Shown: positions 1 through 14,735 of the stretch, one piece after another
Position numbering within the stretch: position 1 is the first letter of the stretch
Layout: every line of letters starts with the position of its first letter
The notes under the pieces: generated by a model
Databases searched by the model: none
Seen by the model: the letters and a program-made list of their open reading frames with translations, nothing else
Told to the model about the DNA's origin: nothing
Position numbers and translations under genes: made by a program
Source: the human T2T-CHM13v2.0 reference genome, Homo sapiens
Strand: one strand, 5' to 3'
NCBI RefSeq assembly: GCF_009914755.1
Contig: NC_060947.1
Length of the DNA: 64,000 nt

Positions 1-59
1 TATATATATATATATTTTTTTTTTTTTTATTTCACACATGATATATGTAGACCTTCATC

Positions 60-300
60 AGTTCATTTCTTCATTGAATATTTCTTCAGTTCCAGTTGTG
101 TGCCGAATCCTGTTCTAGCATTAAAGATACCAATAAAACTATTTTTCTTCGTGGAATTTATATTCTATTAGAGGAAACAGCTGGTGAATAACTCCACAAG
201 TAAAACATTCTATATATCGGATAGTGCAAAGTGCTATCTAGAAAAATAAAGCAAGAAAGACGTTTCAGGACGTAGGCCCTGTGTTTTACAAATTTAAATA
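60..300 (-). mobile_element. Degenerate L2 3' fragment
   Basis: ttcattgaatattt...tgtgtgccgaatcctgttctagca...ggaatttatattcta resembles the reverse complement of the L2 3' end; boundaries are approximate. Confidence 0.5.
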
Positions 301-516
301 GCATGAGAGTAGACTCAGTTACGCTGATGTATATGTGTATACTTGCTTGGTAAGGTTATCAAAACCACATTTGTAGAATCACTTTAAAACTAACTTGAAA
401 TTATGACACATAGTAAAATTGTATCATGTTAGATCAAGTTTGGTATAATATGATTTACCAGTAGAATATGTAATACAAGAATAAAGTGAAAGAAACAGAT
501 TTGGTAGAAGGGAGGT

Positions 517-925
517 TGCTATGGTTTGAATGTTTGTGTCTTCTCCAAAATTCATGTTGAAACTTAATCCCAAAGGCAACAGTATTATGAGGTGGGACCT
601 TTAGGAGATGCTTAGGCCATAAAAGCTCTACCCACATGGATGGGATTAGAGCCCTTATAAAAGGGTTTGAGGGACAGAGTTTGCCCCTTCCATCACTTTT
701 GCCCTTCCATCTCTTCCACAATGTGGACAACATTCATCTTCTCTGGAGGACGCAGCAAAAATGGTGCCATCTTAGAAGCAGAGACTGGCCCCTCACCAGA
801 CACCAAACCTTCCAGAGCCTTGATCTTGGACTTCCCGCCTCCAGACCTGTGAGAAATAAATGTCTGTTGTTTATAAATTATCCAATCTCAGGTATTTTGT
901 TTAGAGTAGCACACGTGGACTAAGA
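517..925 (+). mobile_element. MST-family (ERVL-MaLR) solo LTR
   Basis: Starts tgctatggtttgaatgtt...aaaattcatgttgaaacttaatccc, has gtgagaaataaa poly(A) signal, ends ggactaaga; gaggt occurs at both ends. Confidence 0.85.
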
Positions 926-1150
926 GGTAGAGAAGTAGTATTTGTTAGAATGATAAGCTTTTTATGTGGTGATTTGTACTGAAATAACATAAAAATGTCT
1001 CTTTTTAAATCAGAGGAATGTCTACACATATATCCTCAAATAACAACTAGCTTGCAACTGAATAATTTGAGGGGCAAAGTACTTCATATCAAATTGTGAT
1101 AAATGGACCAACCTACATTGTTATTCAACTGAAAAAGAGGAATGCATATC

Positions 1151-1709
1151 TTTGGTAGGCTGCCTTCTAAAATGGTTCCTCTCTCATCTCCTAGAATTTT
1201 CACTTTTGTCTAACTTTTTCCCTTTGGTATGAACTGAACCTAGTTATTATGACAAATAGAGAACAGCAAAAACAATGGCATGTGACTTCTAAACTTAGGT
1301 TACAAAACTGACTTCTGTCTTGCTGACACTCTCACTTCTCTTTCACTTGCTCACTTTGAGAAAGCAAGCTGCCATCTTGTGAGCTGTACTGTAGAAAAGA
1401 ATATGTGGCAAGGAACTGAGGGTGGTCTCTGACCAATATCCTGCAAGGAATTGAGACCATCAGTTCAACAGCCTGCAAGGAAATTAATCATGCAAACGAC
1501 TACTGATTCAGCTTGGAAGTGGATTCTGCTCTTGAGAGACTATGGCCCCAGCTGAACCTTAATTGCAGCCATGTGAGAGTCTGAGCTGGAGGACCCAACT
1601 AAGCGGTTCCTGGATTCCTGACACACAAAAGTAGGAGATAATAAATATTGTCATTTTCAAGTCACTGTGTTTGGGGAAAATTTCAAAGGCGCAATAGGTA
1701 ACTAAGACA
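1151..1709 (+). mobile_element. MLT1 (F/G-like) MaLR solo LTR
   Basis: tggtaggctgccttctaaaatgg start; gcaagctgccat, ggcaaggaactgagg and cagcctgcaagga motifs; ends gcaataggtaactaagaca. Confidence 0.75.
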
Positions 1710-3264
1710 TGATTGTTCTCCTAGATTTCTAAGGCAACACATATGTTATCACACCTAAAACTTTAATGTGGTATGTGTGCTGGCTATTACAGTGGTTCAA
1801 ATGATTATGTAATTTAAGAGTGCTCACGATATTGGTATGTACACAGTTGATCAATTAGAACCTGTTGCTCCCACTAAATGATCCAGTCACGATTGGAATA
1901 TTAACAGTTTTAAGGTTTAAAATACTAAAATGTAAGATTTTTGTCAACTTTCATTAAATACTACAAATTCAGTGATGAAGGGGAGACTAGCACAGGAATA
2001 GAGATGAATTAGTAGAAGACTTTCACTTGGTAAAGTCAAAAATAATAGTAACTAATAATTTATAATTTTAATTTATTTTATAAAAACTGCACGATATGCA
2101 GTCATTTCAAAGAACTACACTGAGGAAACATTGCGCCAATGATAAAAAGAGGAAACAGGAATGATAAAGTAGTTTATATATGCTGCAGACTATGAAGATA
2201 GAGGAATTAGAAAAGATTTTTCCAGAAATAATTACAAAACTGACAAGAATAAGGTATAGTAGTTTTAATTAATTTAATATGCATAGAGTGCCCATTATAT
2301 ATTTTTGAAAGATAATACTGATTTTTTTTCCTTGGATTCTTATTTCCAATATTCTGAACTACATTGCTACCTATGACTTTACCAGGGAAACAAGTTAGCC
2401 CTTTGCACAAAATGTATTAAATCTCTTAGAAGATAAACCTGGTATTTGCCATTCACCCTGTGAACCGTTCATCCTCTGTATCCATTCATGACTTCTCCTT
2501 CCAACTTGTGATATTTTTCAGTCAATAGAAGACCCTATCTGCTACTTCCATTTAACTATTAGCACCTTATCATCTTTTCTCTCTCACATCCAAGGTTAGA
2601 ACATTCATTTATACTGGACTTGATTTTCTGCAATTCACCTTGCTGCTAACAGGGAGAAAAGCATACCTCTATTATATCACCCCTAATTCACGGATGAAGT
2701 GTGTAATTGTCATGTAACAAACCTAGAATAATTGAGTCACACCAAAAGCTCCTTGCAGATGGTTATTAACAGGCAATGGTCAGATATCATCTAATGAAGT
2801 AAAGCAACTTATTTTTATTTAACTCTGTTCTAAGAGGTAGACAGACCTTTAAACCCAATAACTTTCAGGTGAATCTAAGTCAAATCTAAGAGAGCTTACA
2901 TAAGACAAACTCCTAGACATCTGCTATATGAATCATAGAATCATTGTTTATATCCTTTTCTTTCAAACTACCAGATCTCATTTTCTCTCAGAAAATGGTG
3001 CAGGGGTTTATTTGTAACCCACATAGTCTACAGGGAGGTAAGGCACTCTTCAAATGGGAGTCAAATCCACAGCACTACAGGCTGAGTAAAAACTTGTGTC
3101 TTAGAAATATAAGTTGAAAAAAAAGCTTATTGCCATTTCCAACAAAACAATCTGTATTAAACATGCTTTTATTTTATTTTTTACTTTCAGAAGTGTCTCA
3201 TCAATTTTCTAGAATAAACGTACCTGATTCCCTGTGTGGATGCATAAAAATTTATTATATCAAC

Positions 3265-3740
3265 TGTATTAATTTTCTATGGCTGCCATAATAAATTACC
3301 ACAAACTTGGTGGCTTAAAACTACAGAAATTTATTCTCTTACAATTCTGGAGGCCAGAAGTCTAAAATCAGTATCACTGGGCAGACATCAAAGTGTTGAC
3401 TGGGTCACACTCTTTCTAGAGAGTCTACAAGAGAATCTGTTCCTTGCCTCTTACAGCTTCTGGTGGCCAGGGGCATTCCTTGGGCATTTCTGGACTTGTG
3501 GCTATATCATTCCAATCTCTGCCTCTGTTATAACACTGTTTCTTCTCTTCAGTCTGTGACAAGTATCTCTCTGCTTAATGTCCCTTAAAAGGATATTTGT
3601 GATTGTATTTAGATTCGACCTGGGTAAACCAGGATAATCTCCTCATCTCCACATCCTTAACTTAATTACATCTGCAAAGACTCCTTTTTCCTATATCCAG
3701 AGATAAGGAACTGATATCTCTCATTATTCAGCTTACCACA
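3265..3740 (-). mobile_element. MLT1 (C-like) MaLR solo LTR with 5-bp TSD
   Basis: tgtatt...ccacaaacttggtggcttaaa...ttctggaggccagaagtc...cttaccaca; TG...CA termini; TSD tcaac at 3260-3264 and 3741-3745. Confidence 0.9.
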
Positions 3741-5116
3741 TCAACCAACTTTAAATTATAAAGTAGTACTCTTTAACGATTTGATTCATCACACACCCAC
3801 ATCACTGATTAATAGGATTCATTTGGAAGCTACAAGTTTTAAAATAGATTTGGTTTTCACCAATTCAGGGGGAAAATGAATTCCATAAATGGAAACACTT
3901 CATGGGAAACACCTGATATTGAGGGTTATGTCATCATCAACTTAAATACCACAGTTATTTCAACAGCTGAGTCAGTGCTTATGAAACATATTAGCTGGAA
4001 TGCAACCAAGACCATAAGCTTCTGAATCACTAAATTAAGAGCATCTACTTTTATTAGAATGCAGAAGCAAACAGGTAGCTTCTTCAAAACCCAAAGTGAC
4101 AAAATAGTGATTATATGTAATTATCTATATTTTAAAATGTGGCTGTTTGCATTCACCTTTTAGTGAGTCATATAATGACTCACCACATACTTTCTTTAAA
4201 TGATAAGTTCCATTAATGATTCCATTCACACATCTTTGATTCATCCATATAATGTTAGGAACAAAGCTATTCTCTATCTCTTACATATATATGTTTATGT
4301 GTGATTAGTACATTGCCTCTCTCTTCCTTCATCTATGTATTTACATATGTATATATGTGTCTATCTACCTATCTACCTAGTTACCTACCTATGCAAACTA
4401 TATATGTAGTTCTACAAGTAACTTTTTTAAAAAAATTACTTAATATATAATAGACAAACAGCTGGGTCTGTTCTTGTAACTAGTACATAGTACAGTATTG
4501 CATTTTATATGCTAAAAATCCATTATTTTACCCCATTTTTGATATTACAAACAATGCTAACTCGTTTTGATAAATGCCCTTTTGTAAGATGTATAAATAT
4601 TCCTGCTATTTTGTAGTTTATTTTTACTTGTGATCTTTTAGCATAAAAATCTGTTTAAATTTAGGTAGTAATCTTTCTTAAATTCTCTTTTATGTTTTCT
4701 GAAACATTTTCTAATTTAACAATTCATTTCTCATGCTAAATTAGAAAGAACCCCAATCTTTTATATTTTCTAGTAATTTCAAAGTTTTGTTTTCATATTT
4801 AGACCTTTAATCTACAAAGTATTTAACTTATAAAGTAAATGATGTGAAGTAGAGATATAATATTCTTTATTCAAATGAAGGGCCTGGTCTTCATATGTGG
4901 TCTCATACCATGTATACTCTATCCACCAATGTGAAATATCCCCTCTCTTTCATTGATTAATTTGTCATCCATGTGCTGCTAATACCAGGGTCTAAAATGA
5001 ACTTCAGATTTTAGCTCCATTAATACTTCCTCTTGGACCCATATATCAAGATCCAAAGTCCTCTATAATAAGCTCTCTTAATTCCAACTACCTCAGCAAT
5101 GTAGCACAGATTATGA

Positions 5117-5433
<317 letters not shown>

Positions 5434-5962
5434 TCTCTTCTTATAAGTTTTTATAAATTAATATATGCCCAAAATAGATAGTAAATATGCTTTGTAAGGA
5501 CAAGAATTGTGATTTTACTCAGGATAGAATTCCCAATATATACAGTATCTGATAGAATGTAGGCATGCAGTGAATATTTTGTGAGTGAATAAATCAATGA
5601 ATAAAAGACTGAATGACTGTTTTGATATCTAATAAAGTTTCCCTCATTTTTAAGCTGTTCTTGTTCAATATTCTTCATTTAATTGTTTGATAAGTTTGGA
5701 GAGACATGATGCTTTATCAAGGCCGAGTCTTACCATTGAAGATCATAGTGTATCTCTCCAACAATTAAAGTCTATTTATTTCCTTCAATAAGGGTTTTTA
5801 GTAATTGTTTTATTTTTCTTCAAATTTAACCATTTGTTTTTCCAATTAAGTAATGATAATAATATTTCACCATTATTATGATGTCTGTTGTTAAGTTTCT
5901 GCTAAGTAGTTTTTATCAAGCTAAGAAATTTTCTGTCTACACTGAGCTACTTGTAAAATTTG

Positions 5963-8625
5963 TTTTTTTTAAGTTTTTAAATTTTTTAATTTCTATGGGT
6001 ACATGGTAGGTGTATATGTTTGTAGAGTACATTAGATGTTTTGATACAGGCATGCAATGTGTAATAACTCGCATCATGGAGAATGGGGTATCCATCTCCT
6101 CAAGCATTTACACTTAATATTACAAAAAATCCAATTACATTCTTAGTTATTTTAAAATGTACAATTAACTTATTATTGACTATAGTCACCCTCTGTGTTA
6201 TCAAATAATAGGTCTTATTCATTCTTTCTATTTTTTATACCCATTAACCATGCCCAGCTTCCCCCAAACCCCTATTCCCCCAATACCCCTACTCCCCTTC
6301 CCAGCCTCTGGTAACCATCCTTATCCTCTCTATGTCCATGAGATCAGTTGTGTTGAATTTTAGATCCCACAATTAAGTGAGAACATGTGATGTTGGTCTT
6401 TCTGTGCCTGGCTTATTTCACTTAATATGGTGATCTCCAGTTTCATCCGTGTTGTTGCAAATGACAGGATCTCATTCTTTTTTATAGCTGAATAGTACTC
6501 CATTGTGTATATGCACTACATTTTCTTTATCCATTCATATGTTGATGTACACTTAGGTTGCTTCTGAGAGAGGAGAAAGAAAGAAAGAATCAATTAGGCA
6601 GATAGTTAGGGTGAGAGTCTTTGGCAGAATTCCCTTCTAACAAAAAGACCAATAAGTCATTTCTCTTTCAGCAAAGAGCAGCCTGAAAGATCAGGCTGCA
6701 AACACAGATAAGGAAGGCAAGTTCTAACAAACAAAGGGACCTCCCATGTAATCAGCAAGTTTTGCTGACATACAGTGGGCCCCATTGAGCATATTCCTCT
6801 CCCTTCTTGGATATACTCAGACAAGGAAGCTTGCAAAAGGTAGGGGGTGCCTGCAACAGCACTGAAAAGAAGAACTGCCCTGGACCAGGCACGTCCACCT
6901 TCCAGGGTTCTGCCCTGCCCTTTTACACGTGTGCAGTAGGAAGAGATAAGCAACATGGAGTAACTTATGCTAAAGAGCCCACATGTGCACTAGAAAGGTT
7001 GGGGTGGGGACAGTCAGAAATTCATGACTTACGCAAATGACACACCTAGTCCTGACCGGTTTTTCGTGCCTTATGTAAATGAATCACCCCTCTCCACCAG
7101 CTCATTTATAAAAACCCTTGCATTTCACTGTAAAACAGCAACCCATTTTTCCAGGACCCCTCTGTGCACCAGAGAGCTTTGGTCCTTTTGCTTATTAAAC
7201 TTCTGCTCTAACCTCACCCTTGGAGTGTCCTCATCCTTGATATCTTGGGCTGTGAGACTAAGAACTTCGGGTGATGACACCCCAGACAACGAGGCCAGTT
7301 TCACTTCCAAATCTTGGTTATTCTGAACAGTGCTGCAACAAACATGGGAGTACAGATACCTCTTCGATATACTGATTTCCTTTCTTTTGGGTATATATTC
7401 TGCAGTGAAATTACTGGATCTTATGGTAGCTCTATTTTAATTTTTTGAGGAACCTCCAAACTGTTCTCTATGGTTGTTGTACTAATTTACATTCCTGCCA
7501 ACAGTGTAGAAGGGTTCTCTTTTCTCTGTATCCTCACCAGCAGTTGTTATTGCCTGTCTTTTGGCTATAAGCCATTTTAACTGGGGTGAGATGATATCTC
7601 ATTGTAGTTTTGATTTGCATTTCTCTGATGATCAATTATGTTGATCACCTTTTCATATGGCTGTTTGCCATTTGTATGTCTTCTTTTGAGAAGTGTCTAT
7701 TCAAATCTTTTGCCCATTTTTTATCAGATTATTAGAATTTTTTCCCTATAGAGTTGTTTGAGCTCCTTATGTCTTCTGGTAATTAATCCTTTGTCAGATG
7801 GGTGGTTTGCAGATATTTTTCCCATTCTGTGTATTGTATCTTCACTTTGTTGATTGTTTCCTTTGCTGTGCAGCAGCTTTTTAACTTGATGTGATCCCAT
7901 TTGTCCATTTTTGCTTTGGTTGCCTGTGCCTGTGGGGTATTGGTCTAGAAATTTTTGCCCAAACCAATGTCCCAGAGATTTTTCCCAAAGTTTTCTTGTA
8001 GGAGTTTCATAGTTGAAGTCTTAGATTTAAGTCTTTAATCCATTTTGATTTGATTTTTGTATATGGTGAAAGGCAGAAGTCTAGTTTCATTCTTCCACAT
8101 ATGGATATCCAGTTTTCCTAGCACCATTTATTGAAAAGACTGTCTTCCCCAGTGTATGTTCTTGTCACCTTTGTTGAAAAGGAGCTCACTGTAGGTGTGT
8201 GGATACGTTGGTTCTCCATTCTTCTCCGTTCGTCTACACAGGAGGTCCCTTTCTGTGTTAGAACTTGCCTTCCTTATCTGTGTTTGCAGCCTGATCTTTC
8301 AGGCCGCTCTTTGCTGAAAGAGAAATGACTTATTGGGTTGCTTTTTGTTAGAAGGGAATTCTGCCAAAGACTCTCACTCCAATGGTGGCATGGTACCCAT
8401 GCCAGTACCATGCCGTGTTGGTTACTATATCTCTGTAGTATAATTTTAAGTCAGGTAGTGTGATTCCTCCAGTTTTGTTATTTTTGCCTAGGATAGCTTT
8501 GGATATTCTGGGTCTTTTGTGGTTCCATATAAATTTTAAGAATTTTTTTCTATTTCTGCAAAGAATGTCATTGGTATTTTGATAGCAATTGCACTGAATC
8601 TGTAGATTTCTTTGGGTTGGTCAAT
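5963..8625 (-). mobile_element. 5'-truncated L1MA (about L1MA2/3), interrupted by an LTR at 6565-7303 and a templated insert at 8241-8400
   Basis: 3' UTR signature gatgttttgatacaggcatgcaatgtgtaataa...catggagaatggggtatcc; ORF2 remnant [21 protein letters not shown] on the minus strand. Confidence 0.9.
6565..7303 (+). mobile_element. ERV1-class solo LTR (MER50-like), 739 bp, nested in L1MA
   Basis: tgagagaggagaaag...ccagtttca; TG...CA termini; 4-bp TSD cttc (6561-6564, 7304-7307); tttataaaa TATA-like and attaaa signals; L1 resumes exactly across the insertion. Confidence 0.85.
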
Positions 8626-8859
8626 TTCTTGATCACCATAAATTTTCTTGGTAGATTTGTTTATTGAATATATTTTACAGATTTTCAGTGTTAAACTATT
8701 TTTGCATCCATTAAACAATCTCTGTCACAATGTATTAATGTACTATTTAATTTGCTAATATTTTACTTATGTTTTTGCATAAATAATATTGGTGTTTATG
8801 GTGTGTGTGTGTGTGTGTGTGATCAGGTGATGCATTTAGTCAAGTGATAGTATAACATC

Positions 8860-10090
8860 GCTGCTGCCCCTGTACAAAGTTTGTAAGATATTAATAGCAG
8901 GGGAAACTGTTGAGGGAGAATGGATATACGGGAACTCTACTTTCTGCTCAATTTTTCTGTAAATCTAAAACTGCTCTAAAAATAAAGTATATATAATATA
9001 TATTTATATATACTTTGTATTTATATATGTACTTTATATATATATACTTAAAATATCTATATTTTAGCTGTCTGAACCAAGGAAAAATATGAATTATATT
9101 AATTAAAAACAACTGCCAGATATGTGAAAAGATAGGACTAAAGGACTGGAAATTAAGAGATCATATATTTAAAATAAGATAAATTGACAGGTGATATAGT
9201 TAGTAGAGTTTTTAGACACTACCTTTAAAATAAATAGGATTAGTATGTACAAAAATGGATTCAAAGATGGATACTTTTACCAAATTAAATCAAATGGAAA
9301 TTAGAAAATAACAAAACTGAAATTAAGAATAAAGTGTGTGTGATTAAGAGAAGATTAGACACAGCAGAGGAGGTCATTCACTAAATAAAGATAAGTTAGA
9401 AAATATTCAGACTGAAGCAAGAGAAAAAGGATATAAAATAAATAAGAATGTAAGGACTATATATGAGATAAAAGTATAAGGAATATATATATATATACAC
9501 ACACATATATGTAGCCCAATCATATCTCTATCTCCCCCCACCCCATACATGTGTATATAGAGTCTCAAAGGAAAAGTGTGATAAAAAATGAGGCAAAAGA
9601 AATATTTGAGGAGTTATTGGCAAAAATATCCCCAAAGGGACGAAGGATAAGACATCTCAGTTTCTATATCTATAAATCCAAAGCAGAAAAAAGTACAAAA
9701 ATACCACACCTATGCATCATGTTTAATCTTAAAGGGAGACACTGAAAATAATTATTTTTAGAAGAACATCAACAAGACTGACAGCTTACTTTACAACAGA
9801 AACAGAAAAATGGTAGTAGGAAGAAAATAGTGAGCTATCTGAAGTCCTGAAAGAAGATAGCAGCTAAATATAAATTGTATAACCTGCTAAACTTTCCTTC
9901 AAAAAAAGAAATAAAATAATTTTCAAAGACAATTTAAGATTTCTGGGAGTTGAGGGGAGGTTAACAAACCTACATTAAAAGATATACTAAATATTATTAT
10001 TTAGGCAGAAGGAAAACTCTTCCAAAAGGAAGTATAATAATGCAGAAAGGAATGAAGTGCACCAGAGAGGAAAAATTATGGGAACATTTG
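8860..10090 (+). mobile_element. Old L1M fragments (L1MC-like 3' end at ~8860-8990, degenerate ORF1-region fragment at ~9150-10090)
   Basis: gggaactctactttctgctcaatttttctgtaaatctaaaactgctctaaaaataaag; A-rich remnant KEIFEELLAKISP and agactgacagcttactttacaacagaaac. Confidence 0.55.
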
Positions 10091-10149
10091 GAATGCACAT
10101 CAGAGTTCCCCAAAGATAAGCATTTACTTTTCTGTTATATTAAAAAATA

Positions 10150-12047
10150 TATATGGAGCTAAAATTCCAAGGCTGGTCGGCATCTGGGTGGATCCAGCCT
10201 TCCTCTATATTTGTACCTCATGACAATCAACGTTGACAACCTTTACAATGGATTAATTACGCCATTCATCCCATCCACATTCCATTTAAGAGAAAGAATG
10301 AGGGAGACAGAACATACTTCTTCTTGGTTCTAATTGAAATAGGAGTGATCCTGTCCTAATTGGAACAAACCATTTCCATATATATCCCATTGACCAGAAC
10401 TTTGTTACATAGGCACACTTGGCTGCAAAGCAAACTGGAAAATGTAGTCTTTATTCTGGGCAGCCATATGTCCTATTAAACATAAGAAGTTATATTATTA
10501 CATTAAAAAATTGAGAATGGGTAAACTTGGGGAACAACTAGCAGTCTGGGAACCCAAGTATCCATGAATAGCTTTTTCCCATATGGAATCATATATATCT
10601 GTTCCCAAGGAAACAAACCCCACTGTACCGTATAGTTACTATGTCTCAAAATCTGTGCTCTGTGGGTGATTGGTCATCTTGTCATTCAGATTTATATATG
10701 GTACTGGTTTTCCAGACATGTTGTCAGACCCATGGTTATTTAATATTAAATGATGAAGTATTAATAGAACAACCAAGAAGAATTTCCCATTCAAAAAAGG
10801 GAAAATAGGAAATACAGATAATAATCACTGATTTTTAGCCATTATCAAACCATTATTGAACTCTATACTATAGCAATGCAGTAAGTTGACTGGAAGTTGC
10901 TCTGGTTGTGTTTTCTAGGATGATGTTTTTTTCTGTATTTCTCTGTGGTGCTTCTTTTTGCCCCATGTGGCCATATTTGAAGCATAGCTGCAGAGATTTT
11001 GCAACTAGCTTCTTGCTGTGTAGTTTTAGAGGCCTGAGGATTGCTTTATGGGTTAAACAGTCACAGGATTTTTCAGTCTTGGTTTGTATTTTGGGTTTGT
11101 TTGTATTCTTTGGGATTTTTATGGTAAAAAATTTACTTTAAAAACTTAATTGGTTTCTGGCCTATTTGTTTCAGGCCAGTTCCATATTTAGACATGTATT
11201 TAAGCCTTGAGACTCCAGTCTTTTATTTACTAGCCTCTACATTCTACCAAACTCCTGTCCCTCAGCCTAATAGCAGCTCCTTGTGGCCATCTGAAACTGT
11301 AGACTTTGATGAGAAGAAAAAGCTCTTAATCCTCCCCTTAATTAGAGGTTCTCAGCCTTTTATTTTTATTTTTTTTTGGAAGAATGTCAGTCTTATATTC
11401 TGCTAAAGCTGTCCTTTGGAGACACCACTTACATGGAAGGCTATTTTTCACTCATATAAACAAATTCTGGAAATGAATAATTTAAGGGTCTATAATCTGC
11501 ATATATTCCAAAACTTTCTATCCTGTAACTCCATTAAAATCAATATGCATCTTCTGACTCGTGGTCCATAATGACTGTTGAGATCTAGCCATCACATCTG
11601 CACCTCAGACAGAAGAATAAAGAACTTTACTGGACATGTCAGCTTTAAACCAGGCAAGAGGCTGGGTGCGGTGGCTCACACCTGTGATCTCACCACTTTG
11701 GGAGGCCAAGATGGGTGGATTGCCCAGGAGTCCGAGACCAGCCTGGGCAACATGGTGAAACTCCATCTCTACAAAAGTACCAAAAAATTTAGCTGGGCAT
11801 GGTGGTGCATGCCTGTAGTTCCAGCTGCTAGGGAGGCTGCGGTGGGAGGATTGTCTACACCCAGGAGGTCGAGGATGCAGTGAGCCATGTGCATGCCACT
11901 GTACTCCAGGCTGAGCGACAGAGTGAGACCTTGTCTCAAACAAATGAGAAAAGAAAAATAAATAAATCAGGCAGGCATTAATGATTCTATTACTTCAAAA
12001 AAGAAAGAGGTCAATGGGCATTGGGGAAAAACTAGCAGTCTTTCTCA
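10150..12047 (-). mobile_element. Old MLT1 (J/K/L-like) LTR, possible internal sequence, and a second LTR end
   Basis: ggctgcaaagcaaactggaaaatgtagtctttattctgggcagccat; the terminal motif ttggggaa(c/a)aactagcagtc occurs at ~10528 and ~12021. Confidence 0.45.
11660..11963 (+). mobile_element. AluJ
   Basis: J-type gaggtcgaggatgcagtgagcc and gagaccttgtctc; degenerate TSD taaa(c/t)caggca. Confidence 0.9.
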
Positions 12048-12374
12048 TGCTTATCCTTTATAATACCTTTTAGTTATTTAATTAATAAAAATTTCTGCAT
12101 TTTTATTCTGCCTTATTACTGGGAAAACATCCATCATTTTCATATTTAATATATTTGGCTTTTCTAATTATGGCTTTAATTTCTTAATATGGCTATTTTT
12201 TATTTATTTCTAAGCATTCTTCTTCAACAATAAAGATATATAAGTAGAGTTTTTGCTGTTTATATATTTTGATATGAAGTGCTCTGCCTACATTGTTTTA
12301 TAAATAATAAGTTCCCTTCTTATTTACTTTTTGGTCAAAAGGTTAATCTAGTAGTATATTTCTTCACTTCAATG

Positions 12375-13078
12375 TTGTTAAGAATTTTGCTAAACTAACT
12401 CATTTACTAGTGCTAGGAGAGTTTTTGTAAATTCCTTCAGATTATCTATGTAAACAATCATGTCATCTGCTAATAAGGGCAGTTTTATTTCTTACTTTTC
12501 AATCTGTATGCCTTTTACTTCCTTTTCTTTTTCTTGCTTTATTGCCCTTATTAGAATTCCCAGTACTATGTTGAATAGGAATAATGAGAGCAGTTTTGCC
12601 TTGTACCTGATCTTAGGGGGAAAGCATTCAGTCTTTCACCACTAAACATGAGGCTAGTTAAAGGTTTTTGTAGCTTCTCTTTAACAAGTCGAGGAAATAT
12701 CCTCCATTCCTAACTTGCTTAGTGTTTTTAATATGAATAGGTGGTGGATTTTGTGAAATGATTTTTCTTCCTCATTTGATACGATCATATAATTTTTCTT
12801 TTTTAGCCTGTTCTTATGATGGATTCCACTGATTTTTGAATGTTGAATCAGCCTTCCACACTTAGAATAAATTCCACTTTGTCAGGGTATATACTTCTTT
12901 TTATACTTTGTTGGATGTGACTTGCTGATATTTTGTTTAGAATTTTTGAATGTACATTTATGAGTTATATTGGTCTGTGGTATTCTATTATATAGTCTTT
13001 TTCTCATTTTAGTATCAGGCTAATACTGATGTCATTACATGAGTTGGGAAGTGTCTCCTCTTATTTTTTGGAAGTTTG
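12375..13078 (-). mobile_element. Old L1M ORF2 (RT-region) fragment
   Basis: aacaatcatgtcatctgc (reverse strand ADDMIV), cagtactatgttgaatagg, ggggaaagcattcagtctttcacc. Confidence 0.8.
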
Positions 13079-13153
13079 CTTCCCTGGCTGTAGCTGCTTA
13101 TTGTAGTATGATTGCCCTTAACTGTTCCTCCCATATGTATGTGGTGTCTCTGA

Positions 13154-13622
<469 letters not shown>

Positions 13623-13638
13623 TAAGAGCTGCTGTCTT

Positions 13639-13930
13639 TTTTTTTTTTTTTTGACAGAGTCTTGATCTGTTGCCCAGACTGTAGTGCAGTGGCACGCCCA
13701 TAGCTCACTGCAGCCTTGACCTCTCTGGATCAAGTGATCCTCCCACCTCAGCCTCCTGAGTAGCAAGGACTATAGGTGCGCACCACTAGGCCTGGCTACT
13801 TTTTGTATTTTTTGAAGACAGTGTTTCGCCATGTAGGCCAAGCTGGTCTCAAACCCCTGGGCTCAAGCAATCCTCCCACCTTGACCTCCCAAAGTGCTGG
13901 GACTACAGGTGTGAGCCATTGCACCTGGCC
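13639..13930 (-). mobile_element. AluJ
   Basis: catagctcactgcagccttgacc and ctgggctcaagcaatcctccc; TSD agctgctgtctt at 13627-13638 and 13932-13943. Confidence 0.92.
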
Positions 13931-13957
13931 AAGCTGCTGTCTTAATAGAATAAATCA

Positions 13958-14621
<664 letters not shown>

Positions 14622-14735
14622 CTAATATTTTCTTTTCATATTCCAATGGATTACCTAAGGTTCCCTAGAGTGTGCTTAATTTACTTTGAGGATCATTATT
14701 CTAAGTGATATTTCTGCCATCAGAATGACATTTTC

